Shown: piece by piece, positions 51,154 to 58,766 of the stretch | Position numbering within the stretch: position 1 is the stretch's first letter | How the letters are laid out: each line of letters begins with the position of its first letter | Assembly (NCBI GenBank): GCA_046566765.1 | Contig: JBKHWA010000001.1 | Location: 1 to 58,766, forward strand | From: Gammaproteobacteria bacterium | GTDB lineage: Bacteria > Pseudomonadota > Gammaproteobacteria > Pseudomonadales > JADFDG01 | Length of the DNA: 58,766 nucleotides | Direction of reading: 5' to 3' | Position numbers and translations under genes: made by a program | The notes under the pieces: model-generated | Databases searched by the model: none | Told to the model about the DNA's origin: nothing | The model's input: the letters and a program-made list of their open reading frames with translations, nothing else

Positions 51154-51567
51154 ATGAAAATGAAAAAAGGGTCGGCATCGTTCCGCCGGCAGCGTGGTTT
51201 TACGCTGGTGGAAGTGATGGTTGCTGCCGTGGTCATGTTCCTGCTCGTTGCGGTCAGTATCCCGGTCTACCAGGGCTACATGGAGAACGCACGCCGGGAA
51301 GCGATCGTTCTCAAGACGAACAACTTCAAGATGTTCCTTGAGAACTACCACATCGATGAAGGCACTTATGTGGCGGGTGATTATGTTCCCGGTGGCGTCA
51401 ACGACTTCGCGGTGATGGGCTACCGGGTGCCGAATGACGATGACGGGATTTCGTTCAGGGTGGAGGCGGGCAGCTGCGGCGATATCGCCGACTGCTACAA
51501 GGTGACTGCCTCCAACCAGCATGGGGAGCAGGGCACGCTGGAGAACCAGGTCTGGACCTGGGAGTAA
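51154..51567 (+). CDS. Prepilin-type N-terminal cleavage/methylation domain protein (second, divergent pilin-like gene)
   Basis: MKMKKGSASFRRQRG|FTLVEVMVAAVVMFLLVAVSIPVYQGY with Glu+5, and a C-terminal CGDIADC pair. GGAGGG SD lies before the ATG at 51154. Alternative starts are at 51142 and 51160. Confidence 0.8.
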   Translation: MKMKKGSASFRRQRGFTLVEVMVAAVVMFLLVAVSIPVYQGYMENARREAIVLKTNNFKMFLENYHIDEGTYVAGDYVPGGVNDFAVMGYRVPNDDDGISFRVEAGSCGDIADCYKVTASNQHGEQGTLENQVWTWE

Positions 51568-51621
51568 CCCGGTAACGGCCTCTTGCGTCGCCGGGGGACC
51601 TTCGGTAGCGTTGCGCCCCTC

Positions 51622-51697
51622 GCCGGAATAGCTCAGTCGGTAGAGCAGCGCATTCGTAATGCGAAGGTCGGAGGTTCGATTCCTCTTTCCGGCACCA
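51622..51697 (+). tRNA. tRNA-Thr (anticodon CGT)
   Basis: GCCGGAATAGCTCAGTCGGTAGAGCAGCGCATTCGTAATGCGAAGGTCGGAGGTTCGATTCCTCTTTCCGGCACCA folds as a cloverleaf. It is near-identical in its D and anticodon arms to E. coli thrW. CCA is encoded. Confidence 0.95.
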
Positions 51698-51732
51698 TCT
51701 TTCATTCTCCAGGGCTTCGCCCAGCACAAAAC

Positions 51733-51755
51733 AAAGGCCGCCAATGGCGGCCTTT
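51733..51755. terminator. Bidirectional hairpin between tRNA-Thr and the convergent GT-C gene
   Basis: AAAGGCCGCC-AAT-GGCGGCCTTT. Confidence 0.7.
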
Positions 51756-51775
51756 GCCGTTACTGCCCGGGTGTG

Positions 51776-53707
51776 TCACCAGCTGGCGGGCGCGCCCGGG
51801 TTGGCGATCTCCCACTCGATGCGCTCGCGGCGCTTCGGATCCAGTGCGTAGTCCCGGGCAAGCGCCTCGTATTCCCGCTGCGCTTCGTCGATGTGGCCGG
51901 CAAAGGCCAGGTTCTTGATCAACGATTCGCGCGCGTCCGGTTGCCCGGATGCGGCGGCCAGTCGTGCCAGCGCAATCCCCTTTTCCGGGGCGCCGTAAAC
52001 CTTGGTGAAGAAGGTGCCGGCGGTGCGCCGCAACTTGTTGCGAAGGACCGTTGGCGTTTTCGGCTGGGCGAGCAGGATGTCCATGTAGCGCGCGAAGTTG
52101 TCGCGTGATACCGGGCACTGCGGCAGCAGCAGGCAACTGGCCATGACATTGGCCCAGTTGAGCGCGTCGTAGGTAGCCGGCTTCCGGGCGGCGACCGAGA
52201 ACAGTTCCTGCCAGCGGGCCTCCCGTTCCTCGGCGGTAGGCGCCTTGAGTACGAGGAAACTCAGCGCCGCATACGGCTGGGTGGAGAGGGTCGCCGCATG
52301 CCGGAAGCCAACCAGCGATTTCTGGCGGAAAAGGCGCGCCATGGCCGGGCTATCGGTCAACTGGTCAGCCTGTTGATCGTAATAGGCCGCGTAACTCAGC
52401 GTGCCGTTATAGGACGCACTGAATTGCGGTTGCTGCAATTGGGAGGCGAACGCTGTCTCCGATGACCAGGTATCCACGCGGGCAATCAGTTGCAGGCTGC
52501 AGAACAGCAGCGCTGCGACGGTCACCATCGCGCGTGGCCAGGTTGTGCGAAGCACCGGGTAAAGCAGCGCGCAACCGGCCAGGATCAGCCCGATCGCGGC
52601 ACCGTAATTGCGGTGTTCGTATGCCGGGACAAGGCCGATCAGGGTCGACTCGATCAGGTGGCTGACCAGGAAAAACAGGACGCCGAAGCCCCACAGTGAC
52701 GGGCCGCGCAGCAGCGAGGCCAGCGCTGCGCCGCAAAGGACATACCAGCCGAGTACCGCCGGCAACGTCGTCCACGGATCGAGCAGCGAGCGCGAGAGAG
52801 GGATGAAGTCCAGGAAGAACGACATGCGGCTGGCATCTGGCCAGAGCACTTCGCTGGCGTAATACCAGAGGATGCGCGCTTCACCCAGCAGGCGTTCGAC
52901 CGGCAGGAAGTCGCGCTGGAGATAACTGCGGGCGATGAACGTTGTCGGATACAGGGCCAGCCAGGCCAGGGCGGCGAACGCCAGTGCGGCTATGACCCAG
53001 CCTGTTATCCGCGGGTGCGCGAGGCGCTGTCTCTGCTGCGGCGACAAGAGCAACAGTTCGAGCAGACCTGCCAGCAACAGTGCCAGCGCCGCGTTTTCCT
53101 TGCTCCACAGCCCGAGCAGCAAGCTGCCGGCTGCGGCGACGTACCAGCCGGTACGCGTCGCGATGTTGCCGGACAGGAACCGGGCCTGCAGGTAGCAGGC
53201 AAGAAACAGCAGCGAGAAAAGAATCGACAACTGCGTCATTCGCTGCACGACGTACAGGGTGGTCGATACGTTGAGCGGATGCAGCAGCCATAGCGCGGTC
53301 ACCACCAGTGGCAGCCACGCCGGGGTTTCGAACAGCCGACGCCGCCGCCCGGCCTTCGCCAGCACGGTGAGAAAGATGAACAGGGCCAGGCCGGTGGCGG
53401 CATGGATGAAGATGTTGGTGGACTTGTAGCAACTGGTCTCCAGCCCGCAACTGGCGTGGTTGAGGGCAAAACTCATCATCGGCAGCGGGCGCGATGGATA
53501 GTGCGAGGTGCTGCGGACGAGATTCTCGACCGTGATCTCGGTGATCAGGACATCGGGATTGGCGGTGATCTGCCCGGTGTCGTCGTGGATGAACGGGCCG
53601 GTAATGCCCGGCAGGTAGAGGACGATCGCGGCAACAACGGAAACCAGGAGCGAGTAATAGATCCAGCGTGGGGAACGCGGAGTTTCAGCAGTGGCCTGGT
53701 CTTGCAT
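51776..53707 (-). CDS. Polytopic GT-C-fold (PMT/TMTC-like) glycosyltransferase-family membrane protein with C-terminal TPR-like domain
   Basis: 643 aa from the ATG at 53707 (GAGG SD; the track uses GTG at 53719). TM1 is followed by GPFIHDDTGQITANP (acidic DD motif in the first external loop). There are at least 10 hydrophobic helices, and the C-terminal ~200 aa consists of helical repeats. Function is inferred from motif and topology only. Confidence 0.6.
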   Translation of the reverse strand: MQDQATAETPRSPRWIYYSLLVSVVAAIVLYLPGITGPFIHDDTGQITANPDVLITEITVENLVRSTSHYPSRPLPMMSFALNHASCGLETSCYKSTNIFIHAATGLALFIFLTVLAKAGRRRRLFETPAWLPLVVTALWLLHPLNVSTTLYVVQRMTQLSILFSLLFLACYLQARFLSGNIATRTGWYVAAAGSLLLGLWSKENAALALLLAGLLELLLLSPQQRQRLAHPRITGWVIAALAFAALAWLALYPTTFIARSYLQRDFLPVERLLGEARILWYYASEVLWPDASRMSFFLDFIPLSRSLLDPWTTLPAVLGWYVLCGAALASLLRGPSLWGFGVLFFLVSHLIESTLIGLVPAYEHRNYGAAIGLILAGCALLYPVLRTTWPRAMVTVAALLFCSLQLIARVDTWSSETAFASQLQQPQFSASYNGTLSYAAYYDQQADQLTDSPAMARLFRQKSLVGFRHAATLSTQPYAALSFLVLKAPTAEEREARWQELFSVAARKPATYDALNWANVMASCLLLPQCPVSRDNFARYMDILLAQPKTPTVLRNKLRRTAGTFFTKVYGAPEKGIALARLAAASGQPDARESLIKNLAFAGHIDEAQREYEALARDYALDPKRRERIEWEIANPGAPASW

Positions 53708-53715
53708 CGGGTGCC

Positions 53716-54588
53716 TCACGGCTTGGCGACAGCGGGGGATGACGCGACATCCAGCCGCATCGAAAGGTCGATCGCGCGAACATGCTTGGTGAGGGCGCCG
53801 ATCGAGATGTAGTCGACGCCGGTCTCGGCCAGCGCGACCAGCGTCGCCTCGCTGACGCCACCCGATACCTCGAGTTTTGCGCGGCCGGCGTTGGTGGCGA
53901 CGGCGGTGCGGATGTCGGCCGGGCGGAAGTCGTCGAGCATGACGATATCGGCGCCGGCGGTGAGCGCCTCCGCCAGTTCATCGAGGTTTTCCACCTCGAC
54001 TTCCACCGGCTTGCCGGGCGCGGTGCGGCGCGCGGCGGCCACCGCGGCGGCGATCGAGCCGCTGGCGGCGATGTGGTTTTCCTTGATCAGGAACGCGTCC
54101 CACAGGCCGAGCCGGTGGTTGTGGCAGCCGCCGACGCTGACCGCGTATTTCTGGGCGATGCGCAGGCCGGGCAGCGTCTTGCGGGTGTCGAGCAGGCGCA
54201 CGCCGGTGTGCGCGACCAGGTCGGCATGGCGCCGGGCAGCGGTGGCGGTGCCGGACAGCGTCTGCAGGAAATTGAGTGCCGCGCGCTCGCCGGACAGGAT
54301 GCCGCGCGACGGGCCGGCGATGCGGAACAGCGTGCTGCCGGCCGGCACCCGGTCACCGTCGCCGACCTGCCAGTCCACCGTGATCTGCGGGTCGAGCTGG
54401 CGGAACACCTCGTCCACCCATGCCGCGCCGGCGACCACGCAATCCTCGCGGGTGATGACCCGGCCGGCGGACTGTTGTCCGGCCGGGACCAGTTGCGCGG
54501 TGATGTCGCCGCTGCCGATGTCCTCGGCCAGCGCGGCGCGGACATTGTCGATGATGGTCGCGTGGAAGGGCTGCAGGTCGAGCGGCAC
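53716..54588 (-). CDS. nadC: Nicotinate-nucleotide diphosphorylase (carboxylating) / quinolinate phosphoribosyltransferase
   Basis: [45 protein letters not shown]. The likely GTG start at 54588 gives 290 aa. The track ORF extends to 54714 with a non-homologous N-terminus. Confidence 0.9.
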   Translation of the reverse strand: MPLDLQPFHATIIDNVRAALAEDIGSGDITAQLVPAGQQSAGRVITREDCVVAGAAWVDEVFRQLDPQITVDWQVGDGDRVPAGSTLFRIAGPSRGILSGERAALNFLQTLSGTATAARRHADLVAHTGVRLLDTRKTLPGLRIAQKYAVSVGGCHNHRLGLWDAFLIKENHIAASGSIAAAVAAARRTAPGKPVEVEVENLDELAEALTAGADIVMLDDFRPADIRTAVATNAGRAKLEVSGGVSEATLVALAETGVDYISIGALTKHVRAIDLSMRLDVASSPAVAKP

Positions 54589-54770
54589 GGTATACCCCGG
54601 GACAAGCCGCCGGCGGCGGCGATGTGGCTGGCAAGGGGCCCACTTTATCGGCAGCCTCCGGGGATCGCCAATGTGCGGATCGTGCAGCCCGCGTGGCGGC
54701 CTGCCGGCATGCATCTTGCGGTAGGCTGTGCCGGTTCCCCGCCGCCGTTCCGAGGCACACGATCCAGGGT

Positions 54771-55448
54771 ATGCCAGCGCAATCCCGCAACACGAGCCTG
54801 CTGACTGCCGGTGGCTGGGTCCGCCATGCGCAGCGCGTGCCGTCTCCCAACCACAACGCCCGCCCGGCCGGCACCGAGGTGTCGCTGCTGGTGATCCACA
54901 ACATCAGCCTGCCGCCGGGGAAATTCGGCGGTTCGTGGATCGCCGACCTGTTCTGCAACCGGCTGGACCACGACGCGCACCCGTTCTTCGCGACGTTGCG
55001 CGGGCTGGAGGTCTCGGCGCATTTCCTGGTCCGGCGCGACGGCAGCCTGGTGCAGTTCGTGTCGATCGACGAGCGTGCCTGGCACGCCGGCAAGTCGTCG
55101 TTCGACGGTCGCGAAAACTGCAACGATTTCTCGATCGGCATCGAGCTCGAGGGCACCGATGATCGCCCGTTCACGCAGCGGCAGTATCGGCGGCTGGTGG
55201 CGCTCTCCGTGCTACTGTTGCGCGCTTGCCCGGGCATCACGCCGGAACGCGTGGTGGGCCACAGCGACATCGCGCCGGGTCGCAAGACCGATCCGGGTCC
55301 GTGCTTCGACTGGCCGCGTTACCGCGCGGCGCTGGCGGCCCGGCTGGCCGACAAGCCCGCCGCCGCACGCTGCGACAGGTCACCGCACGCCGCCAGGCCC
55401 GGTCGCCAGAACAAGCCCGTCCGTCTCAAGAAAACCGACCGCCGATGA
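54771..55448 (+). CDS. ampD: 1,6-anhydro-N-acetylmuramyl-L-alanine amidase AmpD
   Basis: Colinear with E. coli AmpD ([63 protein letters not shown]), plus a basic C-terminal tail of ~35 aa. Confidence 0.92.
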   Translation: MPAQSRNTSLLTAGGWVRHAQRVPSPNHNARPAGTEVSLLVIHNISLPPGKFGGSWIADLFCNRLDHDAHPFFATLRGLEVSAHFLVRRDGSLVQFVSIDERAWHAGKSSFDGRENCNDFSIGIELEGTDDRPFTQRQYRRLVALSVLLLRACPGITPERVVGHSDIAPGRKTDPGPCFDWPRYRAALAARLADKPAAARCDRSPHAARPGRQNKPVRLKKTDRR

Positions 55449-56302
55449 AACTGCTCGCCCTGCTTTTCCTGCTGGTCCTGCGCCGCATCGAGTGGCGCCG
55501 CGATCCGGAGCGGTGGCGCGACGCGCTCGATCGCGTGCTGCTGGCGCCGTGGTCGCTGGCGGCGCTGCTGGCGGGCACCGCGGCCGGTCGCCTGCTGGTG
55601 CTGGTGCTGCTGTGGGCGTCGGTCGGGTTCGTGATCCGCTTCGGGCTGGCCGACGTGCTGCTGTCGCTGCCGTTGCTGGCGTTGTACGTGGCGCTGCTGT
55701 GGGCGCTGGTGGGGCGTGATCGCCTCGGCGCCGATCTCAACGAGTACCTCCGCCTGTGGTTCCTGCGCGACGAATCGGCGTTGCGGCGTTTCGTGGCGTC
55801 GCGCTTCGCGCCGGCGCTGCGGCCTGATGCCGGCGCCGGCGCGATGCACCGCGTCGTGTTGCGCGCGCTGTTCGTGCGCGCGTTCCGCGAATCGTTCAGC
55901 TGGATCATCGTGTTCGCCTTCACCGGCCTGCCGGGCTTGCTGGCACTGGCGACGATCGATGCCGCGCGCCGGGGCCCGGGCCGCGACGCGCTGCTGCCGC
56001 AGGTGGCGTCCGAGGCCCGCGAGCGCGTCGACTGGCTGACCGTCCGCCTGCTGGGCATGACCCTGCTGCTGACCGGGAATTCGGCGCGCGCCTGGCCGAT
56101 CCTCGACAACCGTCTGCTCGACGACGAGGACCCGCCGGCCGAACTGGCGGCCGACATCTGCGTGGCCGCCGCCGGCGTGCCGCCGCAACTGGCCGCCGAG
56201 CCCGACGTCGGGCTGGACATCACCGACGCCCGCGGCCTGCTGCTGCGCACCCAGGTGGTCTGGATCCTGCTGATGGCCGTGTCGGTCATCATCGGGTTCT
56301 GA
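55445..56302 (+). CDS. ampE: Regulatory membrane protein AmpE
   Basis: ATGA-coupled to ampD. 285 aa and polytopic, with the conserved ampD-ampE pairing. Confidence 0.8.
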   Translation: MKLLALLFLLVLRRIEWRRDPERWRDALDRVLLAPWSLAALLAGTAAGRLLVLVLLWASVGFVIRFGLADVLLSLPLLALYVALLWALVGRDRLGADLNEYLRLWFLRDESALRRFVASRFAPALRPDAGAGAMHRVVLRALFVRAFRESFSWIIVFAFTGLPGLLALATIDAARRGPGRDALLPQVASEARERVDWLTVRLLGMTLLLTGNSARAWPILDNRLLDDEDPPAELAADICVAAAGVPPQLAAEPDVGLDITDARGLLLRTQVVWILLMAVSVIIGF

Positions 56303-56436
56303 GGTCTTGCCGCAGCATCCTGTTGCGAATCGCCCCCGACCGGCCGGTCATGGGGTTTGTTATAGTCGCCGGCGCACGGTCACGGCGCCAAAAGCGCCTT
56401 CCCCGCTACGGCACTGAACAGTAAGGACGCCTCACC

Positions 56437-58766
56437 ATGGCAGACAGTACGCGCAATCCCGACGATATCGATCCGCAGGAAACCCGCGAATGGCTTGATG
56501 CCTTCGCCTCCACCCTCCGCCAGGAGGGACCCGAGCGGGCCCGCTTCCTGCTCGAACGCATCAGCGAGTACGGCCGCCGCAAGGGCGTGCAGCTCGCGAA
56601 CCTGAACACCCCCTACATCAACACCATCCCCGTCCGCGACGAGCCCGCCTATCCCGGCGACAACTTCGTCGAGCGCCGGCTGCGCGCGGTCATCCGCTGG
56701 AACGCGATGGCGATGGTGCAGCGCGCCAACATGAACGATGACGAGCTCGGTGGCCATATCTCCACCTTCGCGTCGGCGGCGACGCTCTACGACGTCGGCT
56801 TCAACCATTTCTTCCGCGCCCCGAACGAGAACTTCGGCGGCGACCTGATCTACTACCAGGGCCACTCGGCGCCGGGTATCTACGCGCGCGCCTTCCTCGA
56901 GGGCCGGCTGGACGAGAAGGACCTGGACAGTTTCCGCCGCGAGGTCGACGGCCACGGGCTGTCGTCGTATCCGCATCCCTGGCTGATGCCGGAGTTCTGG
57001 CAGTTCCCGACGGTGTCGATGGGCCTTGCCTCGATGCAGTCGATCTACCAGGCGCACTTCATGAAGTACCTGATCAATCGCGGGATGATTCCCGACGAGG
57101 ATCGCAAGGTCTGGTGCTTCCTCGGCGACGGCGAGATGGACGAGCCGGAATCGACCGGCGCCATCGCGCTGGCCGGCCGCGAAAAACTCGACAACCTGAT
57201 CTTCGTGATGAACTGCAACCTGCAGCGACTCGACGGCCCGGTGCGCGGCAACGGCAAGATCATCCAGGAGCTGGAAGGGCTGTTCCGCGGCGCCGGCTGG
57301 AACGTGGTCAAGGTGATCTGGGGCCGCCAGTGGGACCCGCTGCTGGCGCGCGACGACCACGGCCTGCTGCAGAAGCGCATGGACGAGTGCGTCGACGGCG
57401 AATACCAGGCGTTCAAGATGCACGGCGGCCAGTTCACCCGCGAGCAGTTCTTCGGCAAGTACCCGGAGACGGCGGCGATGGTGGCCGGCATGACCGACGA
57501 CCAGGTCTATGAGCTGAATCGTGGCGGCCACGATCCGTTCAAGGTGTACGCGGCCTATCACAAGGCGGTGAACCACAAGGGCCAGCCGACGGTGATCCTC
57601 GCCAAGACCGTCAAGGGCTATGGCACCGGCGCCGGCGAGGCGCAGAACAAGACCCACCAGATCAAGAAGCTCGACCTCGAAAGCCTGCGCGAATTCCGCG
57701 ACCGCTTCGACCTGCCGATCCCGGACGCCGACCTGGAAAAGGTCCCGTACTACAAGCCGGCGGCCGACAGCGCCGAGATGAAATACCTGCGCGAGCGGCG
57801 TGCGGCACTGAACGGCCACCTGCCGCAGCGGCGCGCGGTGACCACCGACAAGGTCGAGGTGCCGGCGCGTGACGCTTTTGCGCCGATGCTGGAGGGCTCG
57901 GAGCGGCCGCTGTCGACGACGATGGCGTTCGTGCGCATCCTCACCACGCTGATGAAGATCCCCGGCATCGGCGAGCGCTGCGTGCCGATCGTGCCGGACG
58001 AGGCGCGTACCTTCGGCATGGAGGCGATGTTCCGCCAGTACGGCATCTACTCGTCGGTCGGCCAGTTGTACAAGCCGGAAGACGCCGGGCAGGTGATGTA
58101 TTACCGCGAGGACAAGCAGGGCCGGATGCTGGAGGAAGGCATCAACGAAGCCGGCGCGTTCTCGGCGTGGATGGCAGCGGCGACGTCGTACTCGATCAAC
58201 GACAAGCCGATGATCCCGTTCTACGTCTACTACTCGATGTTCGGCTTCCAGCGGATCGGCGATTTCGCCTGGGCCGCGGGCGACATGCAGGCGCGCGGAT
58301 TCCTGGTCGGCGCCACCGCCGGCCGCACCACGCTCAACGGCGAGGGCCTGCAACACCAGGACGGTCACAGCCACCTGCTGGCATCGACCATCCCGAACTG
58401 CGTGTCCTACGACCCGACCTATGGCTACGAGGTGGCGGTCATCGTGCAGGACGGCCTGCGCCGCATGTACCAGGAGCAGGAGAACGTCTTCTACTACCTC
58501 ACCACGATGAACGAGAACTACCCGCACCCGGCGATGCCTGCCGGTGCCGAGGAAGGCATCATCCGTGGCATGTACAAGCTCAAGGCGGCGCCGACCTTGC
58601 CGGCAAAAACCACCGAGAAGGCGCGTGGCATGATCGTGCAGCTGCTCGGCAGCGGCACCATCCTGCGCGAGGTCGAGGCGGCGGCGGAAATGCTGGCGGC
58701 CGATTACGAGGTACGCGCCGACGTCTGGAGCGTCACCAGTTTCAACGAGTTGCGGCGCGATGGCCT
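56437..58766 (+). CDS. aceE: Pyruvate dehydrogenase E1 component, homodimeric type (3' end outside window)
   Basis: Not in the ORF track because there is no stop within the window. The ATG at 56437 follows AAGGA. The translation MADSTRNPDDIDPQETREWLDAF...YINTIP...RWNAMAMV...GGHISTFAS...GDGEMDEPES...NCNLQRLDGPVRGNGK... is colinear with E. coli AceE through ~776 aa. Confidence 0.95.
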   Translation, partial: MADSTRNPDDIDPQETREWLDAFASTLRQEGPERARFLLERISEYGRRKGVQLANLNTPYINTIPVRDEPAYPGDNFVERRLRAVIRWNAMAMVQRANMNDDELGGHISTFASAATLYDVGFNHFFRAPNENFGGDLIYYQGHSAPGIYARAFLEGRLDEKDLDSFRREVDGHGLSSYPHPWLMPEFWQFPTVSMGLASMQSIYQAHFMKYLINRGMIPDEDRKVWCFLGDGEMDEPESTGAIALAGREKLDNLIFVMNCNLQRLDGPVRGNGKIIQELEGLFRGAGWNVVKVIWGRQWDPLLARDDHGLLQKRMDECVDGEYQAFKMHGGQFTREQFFGKYPETAAMVAGMTDDQVYELNRGGHDPFKVYAAYHKAVNHKGQPTVILAKTVKGYGTGAGEAQNKTHQIKKLDLESLREFRDRFDLPIPDADLEKVPYYKPAADSAEMKYLRERRAALNGHLPQRRAVTTDKVEVPARDAFAPMLEGSERPLSTTMAFVRILTTLMKIPGIGERCVPIVPDEARTFGMEAMFRQYGIYSSVGQLYKPEDAGQVMYYREDKQGRMLEEGINEAGAFSAWMAAATSYSINDKPMIPFYVYYSMFGFQRIGDFAWAAGDMQARGFLVGATAGRTTLNGEGLQHQDGHSHLLASTIPNCVSYDPTYGYEVAVIVQDGLRRMYQEQENVFYYLTTMNENYPHPAMPAGAEEGIIRGMYKLKAAPTLPAKTTEKARGMIVQLLGSGTILREVEAAAEMLAADYEVRADVWSVTSFNELRRDG

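Noticed and set aside
51622-53720. Possibility that tRNA-Thr marks an integrated genomic island carrying the GT-C gene.
   Set aside because: I found no direct repeat of the tRNA 3' end (such as GGTTCGATTCCTC...) downstream, and no integrase or other mobility gene. The GT-C gene appears translationally linked to nadC. I keep only the weaker statement that it is non-syntenic and has atypical codon usage.

Overview
High-GC (roughly two-thirds G+C by eye) gammaproteobacterial chromosome segment. It consists almost entirely of conserved core genes in an ancient gene order. Left to right: hisD'-hisC; a DegS/AlgW-type protease; a Nif3/YbgI homolog; a two-component system (7TMR-DISM histidine kinase plus OmpR-type regulator) preceded by a small repeat-containing membrane protein; an alpha/beta hydrolase; zapE; an acyl-CoA dehydrogenase; a Tas-like aldo-keto reductase; rplM-rpsI; petABC; sspAB; dolP-diaA-yraN-lpoA divergent from rsmI; RNase P RNA; the full dcw cluster (mraZ, rsmH, ftsL, ftsI, murE, murF, mraY, murD, ftsW, murG, murC, ddl, ftsQ, ftsA, ftsZ) followed by lpxC; a DUF721 protein and an M23 peptidase; secA; argJ; a MutT-ThiE-like fusion; yacG-coaE-pilD-pilC-pilB divergent from pilA; a second prepilin-like gene; tRNA-Thr(CGU); a large GT-C/TPR membrane glycosyltransferase-like gene coupled to nadC; ampD-ampE; and a 3'-truncated aceE that is absent from the ORF track. 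Many long ORFs in the track are antisense or run-on shadows typical of GC-rich DNA, so I re-derived starts from homology-like N-termini, SD motifs and stop/start overlaps. I saw no CRISPR array, IS element, prophage or recognisable defence island. Two segments are not part of the deeply conserved synteny and are the best candidates for something undescribed. One is the pilin-locus insert (second pilin, tRNA-Thr, GT-C/TPR gene). The other is the small tandem-repeat membrane protein abutting the 7TMR-DISM kinase. All functional calls rest on my recognition of protein motifs and gene order. No database search was run.
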